64,000 nt of DNA. Source: Macrostomum lignano. Lineage: Eukaryota. A program made the translations under genes and the position numbers. The stretch lies in NCBI GenBank assembly GCA_002269645.1, contig NIVC01000345.1, positions 77,485-141,484 on the forward strand, in the 5' to 3' direction. The notes under the pieces were generated by a model. The model saw only the letters and a program-made list of their open reading frames with translations, made no database searches and was not told the DNA's origin. Shown here one piece after another: positions 10,750 to 22,700 of the stretch (position 1 is the stretch's first letter; the number at the start of each line of letters is the position of its first letter).

Positions 10750-13700
10750 ATGCTTCGCGACTCATCATCCGATGACGATGACGACGATTGGGACTACTCA
10801 AAGGGTCCGCCGCCTGGCGCCATCTTCGCTCCGCCAGTGGCAGCCGCAGCGGCAGCCGCTCGCGGTGGTCTCGGCGCTGCAACGGCGGCTGCTGTTGCCG
10901 CCGCCGCTTCCAGCGGTGCCAGCGGTGCCGCACTGTCTTCGCCAGGCGGTTCCAGTTTGAGCTCTCACAGGCCTATCGCCGCTCAGCAGCATCCGCCTCC
11001 GCCAGCGTTAAACATTGAAGCTCCAATTGTTCCGAGGCCAGCAGCTTCCATGGCAAATTCTTGTGCGCCATCGCCTATGCACCAACAGCAGCAGTCGGGC
11101 GGTGCGAATTCGCTATCATCGGCAACAGCAGCTCTCGCTTACGTCGATCAACAGCAGCATAGCAGGCGACGCCAGACTAGTCCATCGCCCAGTATGCAGT
11201 CAGTTCACGTTGGCAACAATTCCAGATCGGCATCTGCAGCTGGTGACAATCCTGAGCAGCAATCGATTGACGAAGAGGCCGATAGGCGACAAAGACTGCT
11301 ATTGTACGTCTTTGTTATGCGTTGCATTGCCTATCCGTTCAATGCTAAACAACCAACGGATTTGGCCAGACGACAGCTCAAGGTTGGTTAGTCTTGATAC
11401 CAAGCAGATGGTTTTGTAACCTCACAACCTGACAGTTTGTGACGTCAAAACCAGACAGTCCGTAGCGTCACAACCAGACAGTTCGTAGCGTCACAACCAG
11501 ACATTTCGTCGCGTCACAACCAGACAGTTCGTAGCGTCACAACCAGACAGTCCGTAGCGTCACAACCAGACAGTTCGTAGCGTCACAACCAGACAGTTCG
11601 TAGCGTCTCAACCAGACAGTTCGTGACGTCAAAATCAGACAGTCCGTAGCGTCACAACCAGACAGTCCGTAGCGTCACAACCAGACAGTCCGTAGCGTCA
11701 CAACTAGACAGTCCGTAGCGTCAAAACCAGACAGTTCGTAGCGTCACAACCAGACAGTCCGTAGCGTCACAGCCAGACACTTCGTGACGTCACAACCAGA
11801 CAGTCTGTAGCGTCACAACCCGACAGTCCGTAGCGTCACAACCAGACAGTCTGTAGCGTCACAACCAGACGTCTGTAGCGCCACAACCAGACAGTCCGTA
11901 GCGTCACAACCAGACAGTCCATAGCGTCACAACCAGAGAGTCCGTAGCGTCACAACCAGAGAGTCCGTAGCGTCACAACCAGACAGTCCGTAGCGTCACA
12001 ACCAGACAGTCTGTGACGTCACAACCAGACAGTTCGTAGCGTCACAACCAGACAGTTCGTAGCGTCACAACCAGACAGTCCGTAGCGTCACAACCAGACT
12101 GAGACAGTTCGTAGCGTCACAACTAGACAGTCCGTAGCGTCACAACCAGACAGTCCGTGATGTCACAAGCAACAGCTCACTAGATCACAACCTGACACTT
12201 CGTGACGTCACAAGCAACAGCTCACTAGATCACAACCTGACACTTCGTGACGTCACAAGCAACAGCTCACTAGATCACAACCTGACACTTCGTGACGTCA
12301 CAAGCAACAGCTCACTAGATCACAACCTGACACTTCGTGACGTGACAAGCAACAGCTCACTAGATCACAACCTGACACTTCGTGACGTCACAAGCAACAG
12401 CTCACTAGATCACAAGCGTAAGACAGAACTGTCATAACCAAACCGTTCACAACAACCTATTATATTGCAGGTGACTCAGTCGCAGCTGAAACAAGTGAAA
12501 GAGCGCTTTCAGAATTTTCTCTGCGGTGACACCGGCATAGTGGCCGATGAAGCATTCAACAACGCCGTCCAGAGCTACTTCGAGGTGTTCCTGAAGTCCG
12601 ACCGAGTAGCCAACATGGTTCGCGGGGCGGCTGTTCCATTCGAGACTTTCGCGAAGTGTTCAAAAACAATATCGAAAAGCGGGTTCGCTGTCTGCCAGAG
12701 ATTGATGGCCTGAGCAAGGAGACGGTGCTGAGCTCGTGGATGGCCAAGTTCGATCAGATCTACCGCGGAGATGAAGACCCCAGACGGATTCAGAAGATGA
12801 ACGCCAGTCAGAGTGAGCTGGTGCTGAGCAAAGAGCAGCTGTACGAGATGTTTCAGAATATCTTGTCCGTGAGAAAGTATGAGCACCAGATCATGTACAA
12901 TGCGTGTCAGGTGAGTCCCCCGGAATGAGTCTGAACTAATTTTGTGTGTTTGCATGTTACTATTGCCCTTCGCACAATCGCCCTTAGATCAGTGATGAGA
13001 ATCGCCCTTAGATCAGTGATGAGAATCGCCCTTAGATCAGTGATGAGAATCGCCCTTAGATCAGTGATGAGAATCGCCCTTAGATCAGTGATGAGAATCG
13101 CCCTCAGATCAGTGATGAGAATCGCCTTCAAATCAGTGATGAAAATCGCCCTCAAATCAGTGATGAAAATCGCCCTCAAATCAATCATGAGAATCGCCCT
13201 CAAGTCAGTGATGAGAATCGCCCTTAGATCAGTGATGAGAATCGCCCTTAGATCAGTGATGAGAATCGCCCTTAGATCAGTGATGAGAATCGCCCTCAGA
13301 TCAGTGATGAGAATCGCCCTTAGATCAGTAATGAGAATCGCCCTCAGATCAGTGATGAGAATCGCCCTCAAGTCAGTGATGAGAATCGCCCTTAGATCAG
13401 TGATGAGAATCGCCCTTAGATCAGTGATGAGAATCGCCCTCAGATCAGTGATGAGAATCGCCCTTAGATCAGTGATGAGAATCGCCCTTAGATCAGTGAT
13501 GAGAATCGCCCTCAGATCAGTGATGAGAATCGCCCTTAGATCAGTGATGAGAATCGCCCTTAGATCAGTGATGAGAATCGCCCTCAGATCAGTGATGAGA
13601 ATCGCCCTCAGATCAGTGATGAGAATCGCCCTCAAATCAGTGATGAGAATCGCCCTTAGATCAGTGATGAGAATCGCCCTTAGATCAGTGATGAGAATCG

Positions 13701-16700
13701 CCCTCAGATCAGTGATGAGAATCGCCCTTAGATCAGTGATGAGAATCGCCCTTAGATCAGTGATGAGAATCGCCCTCAGATCAGTGATGAGAATCGCCCT
13801 TAGATCAGTGATGAGAATCGCCCTTAGATCAGTGATGAGAATCGCCCTCAGATCAGTGATGAGAATCGCCCTCGAATCAGTGATGAGAATCGCCCTTAGA
13901 TCAGTGATGAGAATCGCCCTTAGATCACTGATGAGAATCGCCCTCAGATCAGTGATGAGAATCGCCCTCGAATCAGTGATGAGAATCGCCCTCAAATAAT
14001 TCAGTGATGAGAATCGTTCTCAGATCAGTGATGAGAATCGCCCTCAGGTCAGGGATGAGAATCGCCCTCAGGTCAGGGATGAGAATCGCCCTCAAATAAG
14101 TCAGTGATTAGAATCGCCCTTAAGTCAGTGATGAGAATCGCCCTCAAATAAATCAGTGATGAGAATCGCCCTCAAGTCAGTGATGAGAATCGCCCTCAAA
14201 TCAGTAATGAGAATCGCCCTTAGATCAGTGATGAGAATCGCCCTCAAATAAGTCAATGATGAGAATCGCCCTTAGATCAGTGATGAGAATCGCCCTCAAA
14301 TAAGTCAATGATGAGAATCGCCCTCGAATCAGTGATGAGAATCGCCTTGGCAATTTTGCAGATATTGAAAAAAATAACCAGTTGGATAAAAAAATTTATA
14401 GACTCTTATTAGATGAGCTTTCGGCTGCCTAAGAGTTTAGTGGGAGCAAGAAAACTAGAATAATCCCGGTGAATCCGATTATGATTGAGTTGGGATTTGA
14501 TTTTTTTTCAAAGAATTATTCCTTCTTGCCTTTTGAAAATGTCTCAGAGCTCGGATAAGCATAGGTGTTTTTTTCTTTCGTGTCACTTGTGTCAGCTTAT
14601 GAAATATTCAATGTCCATTATTGCTTAGATAAGCTTGTCATTATTTTTTCTAACCTGAGAAAAAGCTGAAAAAATCTTGATTGATTTTGTGCTGGAGGAT
14701 TTTGTCTCGATCTAATCTTTTTGAGATTCGATTGGTTAATAAACATAAGGAGGAAGTCTATTTAACAAAAAAACTTTTGAATGCCAAGGCGGATATACTG
14801 AAAAGATACATTTTTTCGAACCGAGAGACACTGAGAGATGGAAGCATAGAGGCTGAGAAATGGTAGCTCAGAGGCTGAGAAATGGTAGCTCAGAGGCTGA
14901 GATATGGAAGCTCAGAGGCTGAGAAATGGTAGCTCAGAGGCTGAGAAATGGTAGCTCAGAGGCTGAGAAATGGGAGCTCACAGGCTGAGAAATGGAAGCT
15001 CACAGGCTGAGAAATGGAAGCTCAGAGGCTGAGAAATGGAAGCTCACAGGCTGAGAAATGGAAGCTCACAGGCTGAGAAATGGTAGCTCAGAGGCTGAGA
15101 AATGGAAGCATAGAGGCTGAGAAATGGTAGCTCATAGGCTGAGAAATGGAAGCATAGAGGCTGAGAAATGGAAGCTCAGAGGCTGAGACATGGTAGCTCA
15201 GAGGCTGAGAAATGGAAGCATAGAGGCTGAGAAATGGAAGCTCAGAGGCTGAGAAATGGTAGCTCAGAGGCTGAGAAATGGTAGCTCAGAGGCTGAGAAA
15301 TGGAAGCTCAAAGGCTGAGAAATGGGAGAGAGGCTGAGATATGGAAGCTCAGAGGCTGAGACATGGAAGCTCAGAGGCTGAGAAATGGTAGCTCAGAGGC
15401 TGAGAAATGGTAGCTCAGAGGCTGAGAAATGGAAGCTCAGAGGCTGAGAAATGGGAGAGAGGCTGAGATATGGAAGCTCAGAGGCTGAGACATGGAAGCT
15501 CAGAGGCTGAGATATGGAAGCTCAGAGGCTGAGAAATGGAAGAGAGGCTGAGAAATGGAAGAGAGGCTGAGAAATGGAAGCTCAGAGGCTGAGAAATGGA
15601 AGCTCAGAGGCTGAGAAATGGAAGAGAGGCTGAGAAATGGAAGCTCAGAGGCTGAGAAATGGAAGAGAGGCTGAGATATGGAAGCTCAGAGGCTGAGAAA
15701 TGGAAGAGAGGCTGAGATATGGAAGCTCAGAGGCTGAGAAATGGAAGAGAGGCTGAGAAATGGAAGCTCAGAGGCTGAGACATGGAAGCTCAGAGGCTGA
15801 GATATGGAAGCTCAGAGGCTGAGAAATGGAAGCTCAGAGGCTGAGAAATGGAAGCTCAGAGGCTGAGAAATGGAAGCTCAGAGGCTGAGAAATGGAAGAG
15901 AGGCTGAGAAATGGAAGCTCAGAGGCTGAGAAATGGAAGAGAGGCTGAGATATGGAAGCTCAGAGGCTGAGAAATGGAAGAGAGGCTGAGATATGGAAGC
16001 TCAGAGGCTGAGAAATGGAAGAGAGGCTGAGAAATGGAAGAGAGGCTGAGAAATGGAAGCTCAGAGGCTGAGAAATGGAAGAGAGGCTGAGAAATGGAAG
16101 CTCAGAGGCTGAGAAATGGAAGAGAGGCTGAGATATGGAAGCTCAGAGGCTGAGAAATGGAAGAGAGGCTGAGATATGGAAGCTCAGAGGCTGAGACACG
16201 GAAGCTCAGAGGCTAAGAGATGGAAGGAAAAGAGACTGAGAGCCTCTCTTCCATTGTTTATAATGACTATTGCAGTAATTTTCCGTGAGTAAATTTCAAA
16301 ATCCAGAATCGAAAATCCCAATAAATTGATAAATGAAGCCTAGGCACCGCAGATGAATTTAATAATAAATCTGCAGATTACAGACCTAGAATATAAGTGA
16401 TTAATCACGATTATTCCTAACTGCTGGGCCTAAATGAGTGCCTGGAAGCGGTTTTTATCCACATCGGAGTGTATTTGTTCTGGGTGAGCCGCAGGGAAGA
16501 GGGTCAATCATTTAGGGATAAATACTGAATGCAGTCGCTGCTTACCAACTGATTTGGCCTTAGTTTTCCTTCGTTTCTGTGCGTGCTCTGAAATCAAATT
16601 GCTTTTTTATCCTTCTGTATATGAGATGCACCCTCAGATCAGTGATGAGAATCGCCCTCAGATCAGTGATGAGAATCGCCCTTGAGTCAGGGATGAGAAT

Positions 16701-19700
16701 CGCCCTTAGATCAGTGATGAGAATCGCCCTCAGATCAGTGATGAGAATCGCCCTTGAGTCAGGGATGAGAATCGCCCTTAGATCAGTGATGAGAATCGCC
16801 CTCAGATCAGTGATGAGAATCGCCCTTAGATCAGTGATGAGAATCGCCCTTAGATCAGTGATGAGAATCGCCCTCAGATCAGTGATGAGAATCGCCCTTG
16901 AGTCAGGGATGAGAATCGCCCTTAGATCAGTGATGAGAATCGCCCTTGAGTCAGGGATGAGAATCGCCCTTAGATCAGTGATGAGAATCGCCCTCAGATC
17001 AGTGATGAGAATCGCCCTTAGATCAGTGATGAGAATCGCCCTTAAGTCAGTGATGAGAATCGCCCTCAGATCAGTGATGAGAATCGCCCTCAGATCAGTG
17101 ATGAGAATCGCCCTCAGATCAGTGATGAGAATCGCCCTCAAATCAATTATGAGAATCGCCCTCAGATCAGTGATGAGAATCGCCCTCAGATCAGTGATGA
17201 GAATCGCCCTCAAATCAATCATGAGAATCGCCCTCAAATCAATTATGAGAATCGCCCTCAGATCAGTGATGAGAATCGCCCTCAGATCAGTGATGAGAAT
17301 CGCCCTCAAATCAATCATGAGAATCGCCCTCAGATCAGTGATGAGAATCGCCCTCAGATCAATCATGAGAATCGCCCTCAAATCAATTATGAGAATCGCC
17401 CTCAGATCAGTGATGAGAATCGCCCTCAGATCAGTGATGAGAATCGCCCTCAAATCAATCATGAGAATCGCCCTCAAATCAATTATGAGAATCGCCCTCA
17501 AATAAGTAAATGATGAGAATCGCCCTCGAATCAGTGATGAGAATCGCCCTCAAATAAGTCAATGATGAGAATCGCCCTCGAATCAGTGATGAGAATCGCC
17601 CTCAAATCAGTGATGAGAATCGCCCTCAGATCAGTGATGAGAATCGCCCTCAGATCAGTGATGAGAATCGCCCTTAAGTCAGTGATGAGAATCGCCCTTA
17701 GATCAGTGATGAGAATCGCCCTCGAATCAGTGATGAGAATCGCCCTTAGATCAGTGATGAGAATCGCCCTCAAATCAGTGATGAGAATCGCCCTCAGATC
17801 AGTGATGAGAATCGCCCTCAAATCAATCATGAGAATCGCCCTCAAATCAATTATGAGAATCGCCCTCAAATCAATCATGAGAATCGCCCTCAGATCAGTG
17901 ATGAGAATCGCCCTCAAATCAGTGATGAGAATCGCCCTCAGATCAGTGATGAGAATCGCCCTCAGATCAGTGATGAGAATCGCCCTCAAATCAGTGATGA
18001 GAATCGCCCTTAGATCAGTGATGAGAATCGCCCTCAAATCAGTGATGAGAATCGCCCTCAGATCAGTGATGAGAATCGCCCTCAAATCAGTGATGAAAAT
18101 CGCCCTCAAATCAATCATGAGAATCGCCCTCAAATCAGTGATGAAAATCGCCCTCAAATAACATTCGTGTCAGGGGCTTATCTTTTATCTGGGCGCGTTA
18201 AATTTGGATCCATATACATGAGGTAAACGCAGCGAGCTTTTAACATATAGCTAACGCTCATAAAAATGATCGTCATCCTCTTATTAAGGCCCCGAGCTGG
18301 CACGCTAGCAGAGTAAAATCATTGCAGACACGGAGAATGAAACTGAAGGGGAAAGCGGGTTAGAGGGGAGAGAGGATAGAGAGCAGAGGGAGGACGTAGA
18401 CGAGATGGAGTGGATTTCTGTCCCAGTCTCCTGACATTGGGAACGAACGACGACAGGCTCAAGCCTACTCATATTGTGTTGCGCGTATCTGAGCAGAGAC
18501 CCAATATTCTATATATAGTTAGTATTATCTTCATCAGAAATCCAGTGCAGTATACAGTTTAGGCGTGTCTAAAATTGCGCAGTCTTTAAGATTTTTGATG
18601 GCAGGTCCTATATCTTTATAATAAGACTAGTTTTAAAAAAATATTTTTAAGAATTAGTTTGAGGGCTTGTATACTCTGTGTGAGCTGGCTTAGTGGCCAA
18701 GCAGAATAGGGCATGACTGCTATGGAATGAGCTAAATGGTACACTCGACCAGACTCGTTCCAGTGGTGTAGCACAATGAGATCCGGTGGTGCCGGTGTCC
18801 GCAGCGCGATTCCCCTCTGGAGAGTCCAGGAGGTGGATGGTCGCTTTCTTAGTAGCCCTTGGGTAGTGGATGAGTTGGCAGATATGCTCGGGTCTGAAAA
18901 CGTCGGAGATTTCCGGGTTTAGGCCAAGCTAGGTGAGACTGTCCTGAGGGAGGCGGAACCATCGAATCCTCCATCACGCGGTACAGAGGTACAACTAATT
19001 TATCATATAATTCGTTCACCTTGAACGGCATCATCAAAGCCATGTAAGGCGTGAATAAACATCATTCTTAGGCTCATGTGGTACACACTTCATCGACATT
19101 TCGACTGTAAATAAATCAGTGAGACACGCATGTTGGACTGTCTGCAGACTCGTGCAGTGTCGAATCTTCATTGAAGAGGGTATATATGGGGCGATGCGAG
19201 GTTGCCTCCCGCTGAGGGGGTTGGGAAGACCTCAAAAGAGAGGACAGAGCTCTTGCCAGCCGCTGTATGAATTCTCGTCTGCACTCGCCAGGTCACAGAC
19301 TAACAGCCTGCACGCTTCTCTTCCATCTAGATTCTTGCTCCCCGAGTTTGCTGCCCGCGTTCCTGCTGTTGTTGGATAGCATAGATGACGGCTATAGGCT
19401 AATAAGCCTTTGAGGAGGGAGGCAAGGGCGAAAGGTCAAAGGCGGGCTTTTGGGCAGAGCGGACTCGCTCAATAAGCCTTGCGGCCCCTTCAACTCGCGT
19501 CGGATTCCGCTTCTGCGAGGGGTTAGGGCTTCGGGATAGTGCGCTAGGGTTATTTTTGAATCTCCCTGTCGCTTCTTTTGACCTGTCTGCGCGCATTCAT
19601 TTTTGTCTTCTTTGCCTTCTCTCTGTAGTTCGTTGGCTTGCTTATTCTGCTTCTCTAAGCTGCTTCTGCTAGCTTCCTAAGAGTCATAAGACCTGCTTGC

Positions 19701-22700
19701 CTGTCTGTGCGTTTGTCTTGGTTGTCTGTCTAAGTGTCTGCCTTAGTGTCTGTCTATGCGTCAAAGTGCCACTCTAAGTGTCTGTCTCAGTGTGTCTTAG
19801 TTTCTGTCTTAGCGTGTATCTTAGTGTCTGTGCTAGTGTGTCGTAGTGTCTGTCTTAGTGTCTGTCTTAGTGTCTATCTTAGTGTCTGTCCTAGTGTGTC
19901 TTAGTGTCTGTCCTAGTGTGTCTTAGTGTCTGTCTTAGTGTCTGTCATAGTGTGTCTTAGTATCAGTTATAGTGTCTGTCTTAGTGTCTGTCTTAGTGTC
20001 TGTCTTAGTGTCTGTCCTAGTGTCTGTCCTAGTGTCTGTCCTATTGTCTGTCTTAGTGTCTGTCTTAGTGTCTGTTTAGTGTCTGTCTTTGTGTCTGTCT
20101 TAGTATCTGTCTTAGTGTCTGTTTAGTGTCTGTCTTAGCCTCTGTCCTAGTGTCTGTCTTAGTGTCTGTCTTAGTGTCTGTCTTAGTGTCTGTCTTAGTG
20201 TCTGTCTTAGTGTCTGTCTTAGTGTCTGTCCTAGTGTGTCTTAGTGTCTGTCTTAGTGTCTGTGTAGTGTCTGTCTTAATTTCTGTCTTAGTGTCTGTCC
20301 TAGTGTGTCTTAGTGTCTGTCTTAGTGTCTGTCTTAGTGTCTGTCTTAGTGTCTGTCTTAGTGTGTCTTAGTGTCTGTCTTAGTATCTGTCCTATTGTCT
20401 GTCTTAGTGTCTGTCTTAGTGTCTGTCTTAGTGTCTGTCTTAGTGTCTGTCTTAGTGTCTGTCTTAGTGTCTGTCTTAGTTTCTTAGTGTCTGTATTAGT
20501 GTCTGTCCTAGTGTCTGTCTTAGTGTCTGTCCTAGTGTCTGTCTTAGTGTCTGTCCTAGTGTGTCTTAGTGTCTGTCTTAGTGTCTGTCTTAGTGTCTGT
20601 CCTAGTGTGTCTTAGTGTCTGTCTTAGTATCTGTCCTAGTGTCTGTCTTAGGGTCTGTCTTAGTGTGGGTCTGAATGTCTGTCTTAGTGTGGGTCTGAAT
20701 GTCTGTCTTAGTGTGGGTCTGAATGTCTGTCTTAGTGTGGGTCTGAATGTCTGTCTTAGTGTATGTCTGAGTGTGTGTCTTGCTGTGTGTCTATTGTCTT
20801 AGTGTGTCATTGGTGCTTGAAAGTGTTTTATTACTCTATGAAGTGCTAAATCTTCTCTTTGTTAACGCTGAGAAAGTTCTGGGAATTTCTTCCAAAAATG
20901 CTTTCAGGAATGTCTGTCAGCTTATTTTGTTTCTAATTTAGTCCTCTGTCTGCGTTTCCGTCTACAGTTGTGCTTGACGGTGCCACTTCAGAGGACATCA
21001 AAGGGTTTAGCAGATGTCGTTGAGCCTTTGCAGTGCTGAAGTTTTATAAGAAAAAATAGGTTGCACACGAAATTTTTGTATCGCATTTGCGAAACACCTG
21101 ATGATTTTTGCAGTTATTTTACCAATCATTCATCTTAATAAGCGTCCCATTCGTTTATTGTTTTTACATCGTTTTTTTCTTCACTTTTTTCACAGCTTGA
21201 CAATTTAGACGAGCAGGCTGCTCAAGTCAGACGAGAACTCGACGGTCGACTAACAATGTACGAGGACATGGTTAAGGTGAGATTAAGTGTGCACTTCAGT
21301 TTTATCAAACTATTAAAATTGGGTTATTGTATTTTCGGTGGCAACATCAAAGGATTTAAATTTTTGGGTTATCAGGGCCATTACAGAGCCGGCGGCAACT
21401 TCAAAGGATTTTTCATTTTTGGGTTATCAGGGCCATTACAGAGCCGGTGAAAATTTCAAAGGATTTTTCATTTTTGGGTTATCAGGGCCATTACTGAGAC
21501 AGCGGCAACTTCAAAGGATTTTAATTTTTGGGTTATCAGGGCCGTTACAGAGCCGGCGGCAACATCAAAGGATTTTACTTTTTGCCTTATCAGGGCCGTT
21601 AAAGAACCGGCGGCAACATCAAAGGATTTTACTTTTTGGGTTATCAGGGCCGTTACAGAGTCGGCGGCAACTTCAAAGGATTTTAAATTTTTGGGTTTTC
21701 AGGGCCATTACAGAGCCGGCGGCAACTTCAAAGGATTTTTACATTTTGGGTTATCAGGACTTTTGTAGTGTTGGAAGAATTAAAGTATTTTTAATGTTTT
21801 TGATTTGCAGAACCGAAAATTTCCCAAGTTCGTCGTTAAAGACATGGAGCCACTCTATTACGAGGAGGTGAAATCCGCAATAAACCTTCTAATGACCAAC
21901 CTGGAGAGTGTGCCGGTAACCAAGGGCAACCAGGACACCAAACTGATTGGTCAAAAGCCAAAGAAGCACCAGAAAGGCGCATCTAGCGGCCAGGGTGACG
22001 CTGATGTGGACACCAGCTTCTCTCGGAGCAGCATTCATCTGAACTTCTCTATTGAGGTTTGCTATTGTTTTGCTGGTCTGATTGGGCGCCATCTTCACTG
22101 ATTGAGGCGCCAACTTCACTGATTGAGGCGCCAACTTCACTGATTGAAACGCCAACTTCACTGATTGAGACGCCAACTTCATTGATTTGGGCGCCAAATT
22201 CATTGATTAGGGCGTCAAATTCACTGTTTTTTTGCGCCAACTTCACTGATTGGGGTGCCAACTTCACTGATTGGGGTGCCAACTTCACTGATTGAGGCGC
22301 TAACTTTATTGATTTGGGCGCCAACTTCACTGTTTTTTGCGCCAACTTCACTGTTTTTGGCACCAACTTCACTGATTGGGGTGCCAACTTCACTGATTGG
22401 GGTGCCAACTTCATTGATTAAGGCGCTAACTTCACTGATTTGGGCGCCAACTTCACTGATTTGGGTGCCAACTTCACTGATTAAGGCGCCAACTTCACTG
22501 ATTAAAGCGCCAAATTCACTGTTTTTTGCGCTAAGTTCACTGATTGGGGTGCCAAATTTCCTGCTTAAGGCGCCAAATTCACGGTATGGGCGCCAAATTC
22601 CCTGTTTGGGGCGCCAAATTCCCTGTTTGGGGCGCCAAATTCCCTGTTTGGGGCGCCAAATTCACTGTTTGGGGCGCCAAATTTACTGTTAAGGCGCTAA

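Noticed and set aside
12907-18161. Long ORFs on both strands (e.g. 362, 351, 313 aa) and similar ORFs at 23-24 kb, 27 kb, 32-33 kb, 37 kb, 40 kb and 43-45 kb
   Set aside because: They are translations of stop-free tandem repeats, mostly inside CAPS introns, with no domain content.
18300-19700. Coding-like mixed-GC stretch in CAPS intron 2
   Set aside because: There are stops in all frames I tried and no convincing RT, integrase or transposase motif. It is probably a decayed element, but I cannot support a call.
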